Source: an uncultured Bacillota bacterium
GTDB taxonomy: Bacteria; Bacillota; Clostridia; Christensenellales; UBA1242
Length of the DNA stretch: 32,693 nucleotides
Assembly (NCBI GenBank): GCA_949282835.1
Contig: CASDQU010000038.1
Span: 1-32,693 of the forward strand
Direction of reading: 5' to 3'
The position numbers and the translations under genes are program-made. Below, in pieces: positions 1 through 8,899 of the stretch. How positions within the stretch are numbered: position 1 is the first letter of the stretch; each line of letters starts with the position of its first letter. Below the pieces are notes generated by a model. The model made no database searches. It saw nothing but the letters and a program-made list of their open reading frames with translations, and had not been told where the DNA came from.

Positions 1-83
1 GATTTTGCTCCTCTATAACCCTTTGCACTTTTAAGAATAGAACGGCGTTTTTTTAATGCGTTTACTGATCTTTTAATTCTCAT
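1..83 (-). CDS. rplT: 50S ribosomal protein L20, N-terminal part (gene continues beyond the window)
   Basis: Reverse complement of 83..1 reads ATG AGA ATT AAA AGA TCA GTA AAC GCA..., giving MRIKRSVNALKKRRSILKSAKGYRGAK, a typical L20 N-terminus. AAGGAGG SD lies upstream. It follows rpmI as in the conserved infC-rpmI-rplT operon. Confidence 0.85.
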   Translation of the reverse strand, partial: MRIKRSVNALKKRRSILKSAKGYRGAK

Positions 84-94
84 CTCATTCCTCC

Positions 95-289
95 TTATTT
101 AGCCAAAAGGGTCTTAATGTTTTGAGTGTTTTGACCTTTAATGTAAGAGCCCTTTCTTAATTTTCTTTTCGTTGACCTTGACTTTTTAGCAAGGAAATGA
201 CCTTTTCCAGGTCTAGCAAATTTAACTTCTCCACTAGCTGTTAAATGAAAACGCTTTTTGCATCCACTATGTGTTTTTTGTTTTGGCAT
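95..289 (-). CDS. rpmI: 50S ribosomal protein L35
   Basis: MPKQKTHSGCKKRF... is a canonical L35 N-terminus. I use the internal ATG at 289 (64 aa) rather than the track start at 340, which overlaps infC. Confidence 0.9.
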   Translation of the reverse strand: MPKQKTHSGCKKRFHLTASGEVKFARPGKGHFLAKKSRSTKRKLRKGSYIKGQNTQNIKTLLAK

Positions 290-302
290 AATCTTTCTCC
301 TT

Positions 303-818
303 TTATTTAGCTTTTTTTGGACTGATAACAACAAAGACATTTCTTCCTAAAAGTTCAGGTTCTTTTTCAGTCAATCCATATTCACTTACTCTTGCACAAA
401 AATCCTTTACGATTTCTATAGCTTTTTTTACATAAGCTTGTTCTCGTCCTTTCATTCTAAGAGTAACTTTAACCTTATTCCCCTCTTTTAAGAATTTTGT
501 TGCACTAGAAACTCGATAAGCTATGTCATGTTCTTCAATAGTCATTGACAAGCGTACCTCTTTGGTCTCTATTATTTTTTGAGATTTTTTCATCTCCTTT
601 TCTTTTTTTAGTGCCTCATATTTAAACTTCCCATAGTTTAAAAGTTTACATACAGCAGGAATAGATGTTCCTGACATAAGCACTAAATCATAGCCGCGCT
701 CTTCAGCAATTTCAAGCGCTTCTTGTCTTGATAAAACTCCAAGTTGTTCTCCATTTTCACCTATTAAACGAACTTCCTTTGCTGTGATTTGTTCGTTTGT
801 TAAAAGTTCCTTAAAAAT
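303..818 (-). CDS. infC: translation initiation factor IF-3, with non-canonical ATT start
   Basis: The track ORF (303..683) is only the C-terminal part. The same frame stays open upstream and reads (I)FKELLTNEQITAKEVRLIGENGEQLGVLSRQEALEIAEERGYDLVLM, the IF-3 N-domain. ATT at 818..816 lies 8 nt after a GGGGA SD (831..827). Confidence 0.85.
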   Translation of the reverse strand: MFKELLTNEQITAKEVRLIGENGEQLGVLSRQEALEIAEERGYDLVLMSGTSIPAVCKLLNYGKFKYEALKKEKEMKKSQKIIETKEVRLSMTIEEHDIAYRVSSATKFLKEGNKVKVTLRMKGREQAYVKKAIEIVKDFCARVSEYGLTEKEPELLGRNVFVVISPKKAK

Positions 819-835
819 TGTTATAGTCCCCTTTT

Positions 836-976
836 AATAAAAATTTGGTGGAAGCACAAAATTCCACCAAAACCAATATTTTCATAACAAAAGATTTAAT
901 CAAATATTTAAGTTTTTAACCTAGTTAAGCCCAAATGCCAACTGGTGAGAAGTGGAACTTCTACTTTCATGTGAGT
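836..976 (-). promoter_or_regulatory. infC operon 5' leader with intrinsic-terminator attenuator (L20-leader type)
   Basis: Minus strand has a 10-bp perfect stem, TTTGGTGGAA (871..862) and TTCCACCAAA (853..844), with an 8-nt loop, followed by TTTTTATT directly before the infC SD. An upstream TTCCAC (957..952) could pair with the terminator 5' arm as an alternative structure. Confidence 0.6.
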
Positions 977-1005
977 ATTCTAGCATATTAATTTTTTCTT
1001 GTCAA
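977..1005 (-). promoter_or_regulatory. sigma-A type promoter for the infC-rpmI-rplT operon
   Basis: Minus strand reads TTGACA (1005..1000), a 17-nt spacer, then TAGAAT (982..977). Confidence 0.65.
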
Positions 1006-1022
1006 CTCTTTTAATTAAATTT

Positions 1023-1583
1023 TTATATAAATCTTTCTAAAATTTTTCCCAATCTTAGTATTATAATATTGCAGTTTTTTAAAGCATATTCTTTCATAAG
1101 TGCCTTAAAAAATATGGTAAGCCCTGCAATCAATGCTGATACACTGATTGATATTAGAATAAGTAGATGATTATCATAAATATTTTCAGTGAGAGCAACG
1201 ACAATACAAGCCCCTCCTGCACCACAAAGAGTACTGCAAATATCTCCCACTACATCTGCACAAAAAGAACAAACTTTTTCTGAATGTTTGCATAGTATAT
1301 ATCCAGTTACAGCCCCCTTTTTGTTTTCTTTTATCCACTGTTTAAAAACTTCTGTTTCTGCACTTGCTGCTGCTATGCCAATCATATCAAATATTACAGA
1401 GAAAAAAATAAATATTGATATTCCTATTGAGGCTACTGCAATTCCCATGCTTGTAAGCAGAGTTTGGCTTATAAAGCCAAAAAATAAAGACAAAGAAATT
1501 GCTATAAAAAACATTTTAATTGCCCAAGCGAATTTCCTTGCCCCTTTATAATTTTGAATTTGCGCTTTTGAATACCTTCTCAC
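1023..1583 (-). CDS. integral membrane protein, possibly a stand-alone DUF21/CNNM-type transmembrane domain without a CBS pair
   Basis: Multiple hydrophobic segments. The segment ...AAASAETEVFKQWIKENKKGAVTGYILCKHSEKV...GDICSTLCGAGGA loosely resembles the DUF21 signature (SE-A....eG.k.A....l). The functional assignment is weak. Confidence 0.3.
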   Translation of the reverse strand: MRRYSKAQIQNYKGARKFAWAIKMFFIAISLSLFFGFISQTLLTSMGIAVASIGISIFIFFSVIFDMIGIAAASAETEVFKQWIKENKKGAVTGYILCKHSEKVCSFCADVVGDICSTLCGAGGACIVVALTENIYDNHLLILISISVSALIAGLTIFFKALMKEYALKNCNIIILRLGKILERFI

Positions 1584-1624
1584 AAAATAATGTATGTGCT
1601 GTTTTATTTTATTATGTCTAGTAT

Positions 1625-1840
1625 TCAGTTGCCATCTACTTCTTGAAGTCCATTTAAAGTCTCTTTAATTTCAGTTAATTTGCCTTTTGCCTCATCAAGA
1701 ATAGAGTAGCAATCTTTAATAATGCTTGCTCCCTCTTCCAAATTTTTTATTGCTTGGTCAATAGGCAAATTCCCCTCTTCAAATTTTTCAATTATCTCAT
1801 TTAATTTTTTAGTCGCCTCTTCATATGATAACTTATTCAT
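1625..1840 (-). CDS. xseB: exodeoxyribonuclease VII small subunit
   Basis: 71 aa. MNKLSYEEATKKLNEIIEKFEEGNLPIDQAIKNLEEGASIIKDC matches the XseB helical hairpin pattern. Its start overlaps the proS 3' end by 8 nt. Confidence 0.85.
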   Translation of the reverse strand: MNKLSYEEATKKLNEIIEKFEEGNLPIDQAIKNLEEGASIIKDCYSILDEAKGKLTEIKETLNGLQEVDGN

Positions 1841-3548
1841 AATTCCTCCTCAATTCTTTACATGTTTTAGCGAGAAATGACTTTAATTCTTTCAAGTTAA
1901 CCATTATCTTTTCGCCAGTTTTCCTTATTGTAATTTCAGCCCCTTGATTAGCAAGACTTCTTGGACTTATAAGAACTCTAATAGGTATTCCCATTAATTC
2001 ACTATCAGTGAGTTTTATACCAGCCGAAACATTACGGTCATCATATATGACTTCGAATTTTTTTGATAAACTCTTATACAATTCTTCAGCTTTTAATTTA
2101 ACATTATCATCATCCATTCTAAGAGGCGATAGATAAATTTGCCATGGAGCTATTGCAATAGGCCAAACTATACCCTTTTCATCAGATAACTCTTCCACAA
2201 TTCCAGCTAGACTTCTTCCAACCCCAATACCATAACATCCCATTATAGGGTTTATTTGCTCTCCATTTCTATCTTGAATTGTCATACCCATGCTTTTAGT
2301 ATACTTTGTGCCAAGCTGGAAAATGTTGCCGACTTCAATGCCCTTTTTTATATTTAGAGGATGTCCACAAATTGGACATTTTTCTCCTTCACTAACTTTG
2401 GCAATGTCGTAATATGTTTTTACTTTGACATCTCTTTCCATATTGACATTAATAAGATGATATTTCTCTTTATTAGCCCCGCATACAAGCCCTTTTTGTC
2501 CTGAAATAGATTTGTCAAAGACAAGGATGGCATTATCTATTGTTAAACCTATTGGTCCAATATTGCCTTTAACAAGCCCATCTTCACTTATATCTTTTAC
2601 AACAACATCTCCCCCTACAATTTTCTTCAATTTTGCTTCATTTATTTCTTTGTCGCCTCGAATAAATGCTACAACAACTGAATTAGGGTCGCCTTCTATG
2701 GCATAACAAACAGCTTTAATTATTTGTTTTTGGTCTATCTTGAGATAATTAGACACTTCATCTATACTTTTTGCGTCTTCGGTATAAACTTCTTGCAGCT
2801 TGCCATCATTGAAGGTTACTTTGTCAATAATTGAGGTTGCTATCTCCATATTAGCTTTATAGTCGCAATGAGAGCAAATGATAATATTGTCTTCGCCTGC
2901 TTCAACAAGAAGTTGAAATTCATCAGCTTTTTGACCGCCCATCATTCCGCTGTCAGATGAAACAGCGATACAATTTTTCATGCCCATTCTTTTAAAAATG
3001 GTCTGATATGATTTATAAACTTTTTTATAATAATTTTCTAAATCTTTTTGAGAGGTATGGAAGGAATAAGCATCTTTCATGGTAAATTCTTTTACACGAA
3101 GTAACCCTGCCCTTGGTCTTGCTTCATCTCTAAATTTAGTTTGAATTTGATAAATCATGTATGGCAACTGGTCATAACTTTTTATGGTATTTTGGCATAG
3201 ATGTACAGCCGCCTCTTCATGTGTCATACCTAAAAGCATATCATGATTATTTCTATCTTTAAATCTAACCATTTCTTGACCAATGGAATTAAATCGCCCA
3301 CTTTTTTCCCATAATTCTTTAGGCATTACAACAGGCATTAAAACTTCTTGTCCACCTATTTTGTTCATCTCTTCTCTGATTATATTTATAATTTTCAAAC
3401 TAACCCTTTGTCCTGCTGGCATGAGAGTATAGATGCCATTGCTAACCTGTTTTATATAACCTGCACGCAACAATAAACTATGGCTTTTTGCAACTACGCC
3501 ATTTGGAATATCTTTTAATCTTTCACTTACAAGTTTTGAAACTCTCAT
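1833..3548 (-). CDS. proS: proline--tRNA ligase (bacterial type with INS editing domain)
   Basis: 571 aa. Class II aaRS motifs are present (RAGYIKQ..GIYT..P.G, FRDE.RPR.GLLRV.EF.MKDAYSF, GCYGIGV.R), plus a central insertion domain and a C-terminal anticodon-binding domain. AAGGAG SD. Confidence 0.92.
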   Translation of the reverse strand: MRVSKLVSERLKDIPNGVVAKSHSLLLRAGYIKQVSNGIYTLMPAGQRVSLKIINIIREEMNKIGGQEVLMPVVMPKELWEKSGRFNSIGQEMVRFKDRNNHDMLLGMTHEEAAVHLCQNTIKSYDQLPYMIYQIQTKFRDEARPRAGLLRVKEFTMKDAYSFHTSQKDLENYYKKVYKSYQTIFKRMGMKNCIAVSSDSGMMGGQKADEFQLLVEAGEDNIIICSHCDYKANMEIATSIIDKVTFNDGKLQEVYTEDAKSIDEVSNYLKIDQKQIIKAVCYAIEGDPNSVVVAFIRGDKEINEAKLKKIVGGDVVVKDISEDGLVKGNIGPIGLTIDNAILVFDKSISGQKGLVCGANKEKYHLINVNMERDVKVKTYYDIAKVSEGEKCPICGHPLNIKKGIEVGNIFQLGTKYTKSMGMTIQDRNGEQINPIMGCYGIGVGRSLAGIVEELSDEKGIVWPIAIAPWQIYLSPLRMDDDNVKLKAEELYKSLSKKFEVIYDDRNVSAGIKLTDSELMGIPIRVLISPRSLANQGAEITIRKTGEKIMVNLKELKSFLAKTCKELRRNYE

Positions 3549-3551
3549 ATT

Positions 3552-4730
3552 TTACTCCTTTTCTTTTGGTGATGCTTTCAATTTGCCATCTTTAAAGATT
3601 ATACTTAAATCGCTATTAAAATCAATATTATTTATTGAAGATATGCTAATACCATTCTGTTCAATTTTGGCAAATCCTTTGTTTAAAATTTCAACTGGGT
3701 TATTTTTATTTAATGTAATTTCACTTAAGCCTAACTCATAATATTTGGAATTAATATAATTCTCATAACAAACAGTCAAAGAGCGGTAAATATTTCCAAT
3801 TAAATTTCTATTTGCATCTAATTTCTTCTCGCCTACGCTAATGAATTTAAATTTTTTAAGTTCTAACTCATTTTGAATATTTGAGATAAAAGTATCAAAA
3901 GTGCGCAATAAATTATTAGCAGTAGATATAAATTGTTCTTTTTTGCTTTCATTATCAACAGTCAAAAGTTCGGCAGCGGCTGAAGGAGTTGGCGCTCTTA
4001 GGTCACTAACAAAATCGATAATAGTATAGTCGGTTTCATGTCCTACTGCTGATACTAAAAATTTAGGACATTTATAGGCTGCTCTTGCCACTATTTCAGT
4101 ATTGTAAGCCGATAAATCTTCCAGCGAGCCCCCTCCTCTTGCTACAATTATAGCATCAATTTTATCATAATTACCCATAACATCAATCGCATGAGCAATT
4201 TCTTTTTCTGCCAAATTACCTTGAACTTTTGTATTGAAAAGCACTATGTCAACCGCGGGATTTCTTCTCCAAACAATATTTTTAATATCCTGAAGAACTG
4301 CTCCTTCGCTTGAGGTTATAACTCCTATCCTAGCTATCTTTTTAGGCATGGGCTGTTTGCCTGAAATATCAAAAAGCCCTTCTTCTTCAAGTTTTTGTTT
4401 GAGTTTTAAAAATTCTTCAAAAAGTTTACCCTGCCCAAGCTTTTCAACTCTTATAACATTAAAATTAAATTTACCAGCTTTAGTATAATAGTTTGGCGAG
4501 CCTGTAATGATAACTTTATTTCCTTCAATTATTTGCGAAACAAAATTAGGATAGAAACATACACATGAAAGAGTAGAAGTTTCATCTTTCAATGAAAAAT
4601 ATATCACATTTCTAGAAAAACTCACTCCAAAAACTTCCCCTACTATTGAGATGTTATGTAGAAGCTCCTCACTATCAAATATCTGTTTGATATAATTATT
4701 AAATTTTGTAACACTTATTGCTTGTTCCAT
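3552..4730 (-). CDS. xseA: exodeoxyribonuclease VII large subunit
   Basis: 392 aa. An N-terminal OB fold (VSVTKFNNYIKQIF...I.GEV...) is followed by the catalytic core (GVITS..GA.LQDI..., RGGGS.EDL..YN, GHETD.T..DFV.D.RAPTPSAAAE). Confidence 0.9.
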   Translation of the reverse strand: MEQAISVTKFNNYIKQIFDSEELLHNISIVGEVFGVSFSRNVIYFSLKDETSTLSCVCFYPNFVSQIIEGNKVIITGSPNYYTKAGKFNFNVIRVEKLGQGKLFEEFLKLKQKLEEEGLFDISGKQPMPKKIARIGVITSSEGAVLQDIKNIVWRRNPAVDIVLFNTKVQGNLAEKEIAHAIDVMGNYDKIDAIIVARGGGSLEDLSAYNTEIVARAAYKCPKFLVSAVGHETDYTIIDFVSDLRAPTPSAAAELLTVDNESKKEQFISTANNLLRTFDTFISNIQNELELKKFKFISVGEKKLDANRNLIGNIYRSLTVCYENYINSKYYELGLSEITLNKNNPVEILNKGFAKIEQNGISISSINNIDFNSDLSIIFKDGKLKASPKEKE

Positions 4731-4734
4731 ATCG

Positions 4735-5124
4735 TTAATTAAGATTTAAGTCTTTTATAATAGATGCTAATACTCCATTTATAAAACGACTACTTTTTTG
4801 AGTTGAGAATTTTTTTGCCAAATTTACAATTTCATTAATTGCAACTTGTTTAGGCGTTTTATTATATAATATTTCAGTTAAAGCTTCATAGATTAAAGCA
4901 AGATCAACCTTATAAACTCTATCAAGCTCATATCCTATTAAATGTTGAGAAACAATCGCTTCAAGTTCTCCTTTATTTTCTTCAAAGTTTTTTACAATAC
5001 TTTTTGCAAATAATAAATCCTCTTCTTTTGTCAAAGTTGCAAAAAACTCTTCGTCAAAATACTCTTTAACGAAAAGTCTTTCATAGATAAGCTGAAAAGC
5101 AAGCTCTCTTGCGTCATTTCTCAT
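4735..5124 (-). CDS. nusB: transcription antitermination factor NusB
   Basis: MRNDARELAFQLIYE... is typical of NusB. The ATG at 5124 has a GAGGAAGG SD and sits 1 nt after the asp23 stop. The track start at 5166 overlaps the upstream gene and is rejected. Confidence 0.88.
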   Translation of the reverse strand: MRNDARELAFQLIYERLFVKEYFDEEFFATLTKEEDLLFAKSIVKNFEENKGELEAIVSQHLIGYELDRVYKVDLALIYEALTEILYNKTPKQVAINEIVNLAKKFSTQKSSRFINGVLASIIKDLNLN

Positions 5125-5125
5125 T

Positions 5126-5488
5126 TTAACCTTCCTCATCACACTCAACGCCATATACATGGACATTGATTTTGCCTGGGTTTAACCCTACCATAGAAGA
5201 GAGTGAATTTTTAATGTTTTCTTGTACTCTATAGGCGATATCTGGTACACTGTAACCAATGTACACTTTAATATATACATCGACAGTTAAATTTCCATTG
5301 ATATCAAACTTTATGCTGACACCCTCATTTTTAGGCTTAACCATTTTTTTGTATAAAGGAAGATAGTCATTAGTCAAAGAATGAACACCATTAATTTCCT
5401 TAGTGGCAAGATTAATAATAGAAAGAAGAATTTCTCTATCTATTTCCACCTTGCCTTTACCTAGCATATTCTTCTTTGTTTTGTTCAT
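5126..5488 (-). CDS. Asp23/Gls24-family (alkaline shock) protein
   Basis: 120 aa. The pattern ...I...I..IA..A..EI.GV..L... V.V.....V.VD.YI.V.YG..I...A..VQ..I is characteristic of DUF322/Asp23. It sits before nusB as in Bacillus (yqhY). Confidence 0.8.
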   Translation of the reverse strand: MNKTKKNMLGKGKVEIDREILLSIINLATKEINGVHSLTNDYLPLYKKMVKPKNEGVSIKFDINGNLTVDVYIKVYIGYSVPDIAYRVQENIKNSLSSMVGLNPGKINVHVYGVECDEEG

Positions 5489-5509
5489 AATTCCACCTCT
5501 ATCTTTTGT

Positions 5510-5539
5510 ATTATAACATATTTTTTTTTATTTTTGCAA
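5510..5539 (-). promoter_or_regulatory. sigma-A type promoter (extended -10) ahead of asp23-nusB-xseA-proS-xseB
   Basis: Minus strand reads TTGCAA (5539..5534), an 18-nt spacer ending in TGT, then TATAAT (5515..5510). Confidence 0.5.
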
Positions 5540-6010
5540 TTATTCTACTGGAATAATTTTGATATTTTCAATTCCAACAGAAAGTTCAGTTTGAATAACC
5601 GAAACAATTTGAGCAACTTCACTAGAAGTAAGTTCTGCAGCTTTAACTACAGCATTTACATTTGAATCGGAAATAGTAACAACACAATCGGCAAAGCCCT
5701 TTGATTTAATAAGTCCCTCTACTACTAATTCCTGTTCCATTTGGTCAATCAAAGCAAGTTTTGCGGTTTCTGCATTTTTAATCGCTTCTTCTGATGATGA
5801 TTCGCTAGAAATTATAGCATCATAATAAAGCATCTCTTGGTCGCGCGTAGATTCTCTATCATTTCTATAAGTTTGGAAATAACTTGAAGTTGTAGTAGTT
5901 TCATTATTATTATTTGACACAGACTTGTTAAGCATAACATTTAAATAGCCAGTAACCCCTAGAAGAAGTACCATAACTGCAATAATGATAATTTTTGTTC
6001 TTTTTTTCAT
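5540..6010 (-). CDS. spoIIIAH: stage III sporulation protein AH
   Basis: N-terminal TM segment, then a YscJ/FliF-like domain (...YF...R..RE..R......L..II.......A...A......L....E..VE.L....GF.D.VV). It is the last gene of the spoIIIA cluster. ATG at 6010 has AAGGAG 5 nt upstream. Confidence 0.85.
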   Translation of the reverse strand: MKKRTKIIIIAVMVLLLGVTGYLNVMLNKSVSNNNNETTTTSSYFQTYRNDRESTRDQEMLYYDAIISSESSSEEAIKNAETAKLALIDQMEQELVVEGLIKSKGFADCVVTISDSNVNAVVKAAELTSSEVAQIVSVIQTELSVGIENIKIIPVE

Positions 6011-6024
6011 AATCACTCCTTTTA

Positions 6025-6546
6025 TTAGCTTAATATATTTATCTTTGAGTTGTCTACATCTATCACCGTTTGAATGACGCTTAGTATATTCATCTTTACC
6101 GAAACATCACTTGCGCCGCTTGCAACTACAACAAGCCCGCTTATTATTGGATAGATTTCCTTCTCAAGTACAGGTTGTCCATCAACTAAAACGACTGACG
6201 AAGTAGTTACAGTTGTGCCATTTGAAGTCGTTCTTGTTTCATCTTCGGTAACATAGACATATTCAAAGCCTTTTTCTAATGTAATTATAACTTCAACATC
6301 TCCCGCATTTTTTACTTTTGTTAATACACTTTCAAGTTTATTCTCAAGGTAGTCCACATATTCCAAAGAGGAAGAAAATTCTTGATTAATATTGTCATCT
6401 TTTGTAGAGGAAGCTTCCTTTTGTTTGTTAAAGACTGAAGAAAAATATATGATTGCTATGATGAGAGCTAGTCCAACAGCTATATAAATATGAATATGCT
6501 TAACCTTTTTAATACGCTGGTAAAGAGCTTTGAATTTATCCGTCAT
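6025..6546 (-). CDS. spoIIIAG: stage III sporulation protein AG
   Basis: TM segment plus the C-terminal conserved block GAGDVEV.ITL..G.E.VY......T......T........P.....E..P.I.G..VVA.GA. ATG at 6546 has AAGGAGG 9 nt upstream. Confidence 0.85.
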   Translation of the reverse strand: MTDKFKALYQRIKKVKHIHIYIAVGLALIIAIIYFSSVFNKQKEASSTKDDNINQEFSSSLEYVDYLENKLESVLTKVKNAGDVEVIITLEKGFEYVYVTEDETRTTSNGTTVTTSSVVLVDGQPVLEKEIYPIISGLVVVASGASDVSVKMNILSVIQTVIDVDNSKINILS

Positions 6547-7036
6547 AAAGAATAGCCTCCTTGTCAATATCAACATAGTTTACAATGATATTTGTAATAT
6601 CTTTCTTTATCTTTGTTATATCTTTATGCTCAGCATTTTCAGTTATTACTAAACTTGTTAAATCGACAGTAATCGACTTAAATTGCATTGCATTATCAAA
6701 AATGTCACAGTTTATATATACTTCAACATTTTGGTAGCCATTGTTATAAATGGCTTTTTCTAGTTGCTCTTTTACAACAGAGATTTTATTTAAATTTAAT
6801 TGATAGATGTAGTCTTGGTCTGCTTCTATTCCGCTTTCATCTAGAATATTAGATATATTAAAATTTTTATTTAAAAGTTTTGGAATTGGCAATAAAATAA
6901 CTAAAACAACTATAAAAGAAAACACCCCTCTTATATATCTATTTAGTTGCCCTTCTGGCAGAATAAGTTCTAATACAACTGAAAGACAAATAATGCCAGC
7001 TATAGATAAAATCCAATTAGATAATTCTCCTATCAT
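6536..7036 (-). CDS. spoIIIAF: stage III sporulation protein AF
   Basis: MIGELSNWILSIAGIICLSVVLELILPEG...RYIRGVFSFIVVL is a typical SpoIIIAF N-terminus. Position in the cluster agrees. Confidence 0.85.
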   Translation of the reverse strand: MIGELSNWILSIAGIICLSVVLELILPEGQLNRYIRGVFSFIVVLVILLPIPKLLNKNFNISNILDESGIEADQDYIYQLNLNKISVVKEQLEKAIYNNGYQNVEVYINCDIFDNAMQFKSITVDLTSLVITENAEHKDITKIKKDITNIIVNYVDIDKEAILYDG

Positions 7037-7046
7037 ATTTCTCTCC

Positions 7047-8294
7047 TTATACTATATTGGCAGAGCAAATAACTAAACCGATAGTAATAAAGTATACAAA
7101 TGCAACACCTATTAAAAGTACAATTAAAAGTACCATACTTTTTGAAAGTGAAGATATAAAACTTGCCACCTGCTTATTTCCTAATGGCTCTACAATACCT
7201 GCAATTAATTTTAGTGCAAGCATAAAAATTACCAGTTCAATTAATGGAGATATAAGGGTTGCCAGCAATAGAAATAAACCAGTAGCTCCTACCGCATTTT
7301 TAATCAAGTTTGAAGAAGCAAGTATAACACCCATGCCATCACTTAAATAAGAGCCAAGTATTGGAATATAAGATTTTATGGCATATTTAGCCGTCCTAAT
7401 AGAAATGCCGTCTATTGAACCTGCGGTAATTCCTTGAATAGACAAAAAGGCGGTAAAAATAGTAAAAATTAAACCTACAAGCCATTTATATGTGCTATTT
7501 AAAAAGGAAGAAAATTTATCAAGTTTAACTGTATTAGAAAGATTGGAAACTACACTAAAAACCACTGAAAATATAAAGATTGGAAGCAAAATAAAAGTAA
7601 AAAAATTCATAATTATACTTGAAAGCAGCGCCATAGCTGGTTGATAAACTGATGTCGATACACTCCCTCCTATTGCTGTTAAAAGAGTAAGCAGAATTGG
7701 AAATATTGCGTCCATTTGATTTTTGATAGATATAATAGTAGAAGATGTAAGCGTGACCATTTCTACCACCATAGATAAGACTAGTACAACTATTACGCCA
7801 TAAGTGACAAAATTAACTAAATTAGAAATACTCTTGCCATTACTAGGCTTTAATCCTTGCAACATATTACCGAGTAAAGCCACGGCAACGATTATCGATA
7901 TGATGGGAAGAAGCCCCAAAAAACTATCAAAGAAAATCTCTATAATTGCATTCCATAGCCCTTCTTCTTGTTCAAAGTCACCACTTATGAGTTTTGCTAC
8001 CTTTTCTAAAAAACTTGTCCCGCCAAAAATTTTTATTTGTCCATCATTAAAAGAATTTAAAATGTCTTCTAGCGATGAAAAATCTAACTCTTCTAGTTGC
8101 TGTTTGGTCTCATCTTCTAATTCTTGTGAGATGTCTTCATTATCAGATATCTGTTCATTTACCGATGAAGATTGAGCCTGGCTTATCGTTATGCTCTTGC
8201 CAATAGTTGGGCAAAAAACAAAAAGTAGCATAAACGCTATTATTAAACACCATCTAAATTTCCTTTCTTTTTTGCCAAATTTCAATTTTTTCAT
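7047..8294 (-). CDS. spoIIIAE: stage III sporulation protein AE
   Basis: 415-aa polytopic membrane protein with a signal/TM segment and an acidic N-terminal region. Size and position match SpoIIIAE. ATGA overlap with the spoIIIAD stop. Confidence 0.85.
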   Translation of the reverse strand: MKKLKFGKKERKFRWCLIIAFMLLFVFCPTIGKSITISQAQSSSVNEQISDNEDISQELEDETKQQLEELDFSSLEDILNSFNDGQIKIFGGTSFLEKVAKLISGDFEQEEGLWNAIIEIFFDSFLGLLPIISIIVAVALLGNMLQGLKPSNGKSISNLVNFVTYGVIVVLVLSMVVEMVTLTSSTIISIKNQMDAIFPILLTLLTAIGGSVSTSVYQPAMALLSSIIMNFFTFILLPIFIFSVVFSVVSNLSNTVKLDKFSSFLNSTYKWLVGLIFTIFTAFLSIQGITAGSIDGISIRTAKYAIKSYIPILGSYLSDGMGVILASSNLIKNAVGATGLFLLLATLISPLIELVIFMLALKLIAGIVEPLGNKQVASFISSLSKSMVLLIVLLIGVAFVYFITIGLVICSANIV

Positions 8295-8683
8295 GATGGC
8301 AATAGCTCCATAATAATTTCTAAAATACTGGTAATGATAGGTAATGCCATAACCATAATTATAATTTTGCCGCCAAGCAAAATTTTATCTCCTAGACTAC
8401 CATTACCAGTATCGTTACATATTCCAGCTGTAAATTCAATTAAATAGCCAATTCCAACAATTTTAAGAAGGATGGTATAAAGGCTAGAATTTAAGTTAGT
8501 AATGCCTATAATGTTTTGTAAGGTATTGAAAATGCCGGTAAGATAATTGATTATCATAAATAAAATAATCAAACCGCCTACAATACTAATTAAGATAGCA
8601 AAATCAGTGCGAATTGGTTTTATAACTAATGTAGCAACACATGTTATAAGTCCAATAGCAACAATTTTAAAAATAATATCCAT
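8291..8683 (-). CDS. spoIIIAD: stage III sporulation protein AD
   Basis: MDIIFKIVAIGLIT... is a small 4-TM protein paralogous to SpoIIIAC. I prefer ATG 8683 (AAGG + 5 nt); the track uses GTG 8689. Confidence 0.8.
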   Translation of the reverse strand: MDIIFKIVAIGLITCVATLVIKPIRTDFAILISIVGGLIILFMIINYLTGIFNTLQNIIGITNLNSSLYTILLKIVGIGYLIEFTAGICNDTGNGSLGDKILLGGKIIIMVMALPIITSILEIIMELLPS

Positions 8684-8694
8684 AAGCACCTTAT

Positions 8695-8889
8695 CTAAAA
8701 ATTAAATATTGTCTTAAGACTTGCAAAAAGGTCTCCTATCAAATTCAAAACCATAAGAAGTACAATAATAAGTCCTGCCAAGGTAGCTAAGGTTGATATT
8801 TCATCTTTCCCCGATTGCTTTAATACCTGTCCAACAATAGCGGTTAAAATTCCAATAGCTGCAATTTTAAAAATAATATCTACATCCAT
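8695..8889 (-). CDS. spoIIIAC: stage III sporulation protein AC
   Basis: MDVDIIFKIAAIGILTAIVGQVLKQSGKDE... is a 64-aa 2-TM protein. I prefer ATG 8889 (GAGG + 5 nt); the track uses GTG 8895. Confidence 0.8.
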   Translation of the reverse strand: MDVDIIFKIAAIGILTAIVGQVLKQSGKDEISTLATLAGLIIVLLMVLNLIGDLFASLKTIFNF

Positions 8890-8899
8890 ATTCACCTCA

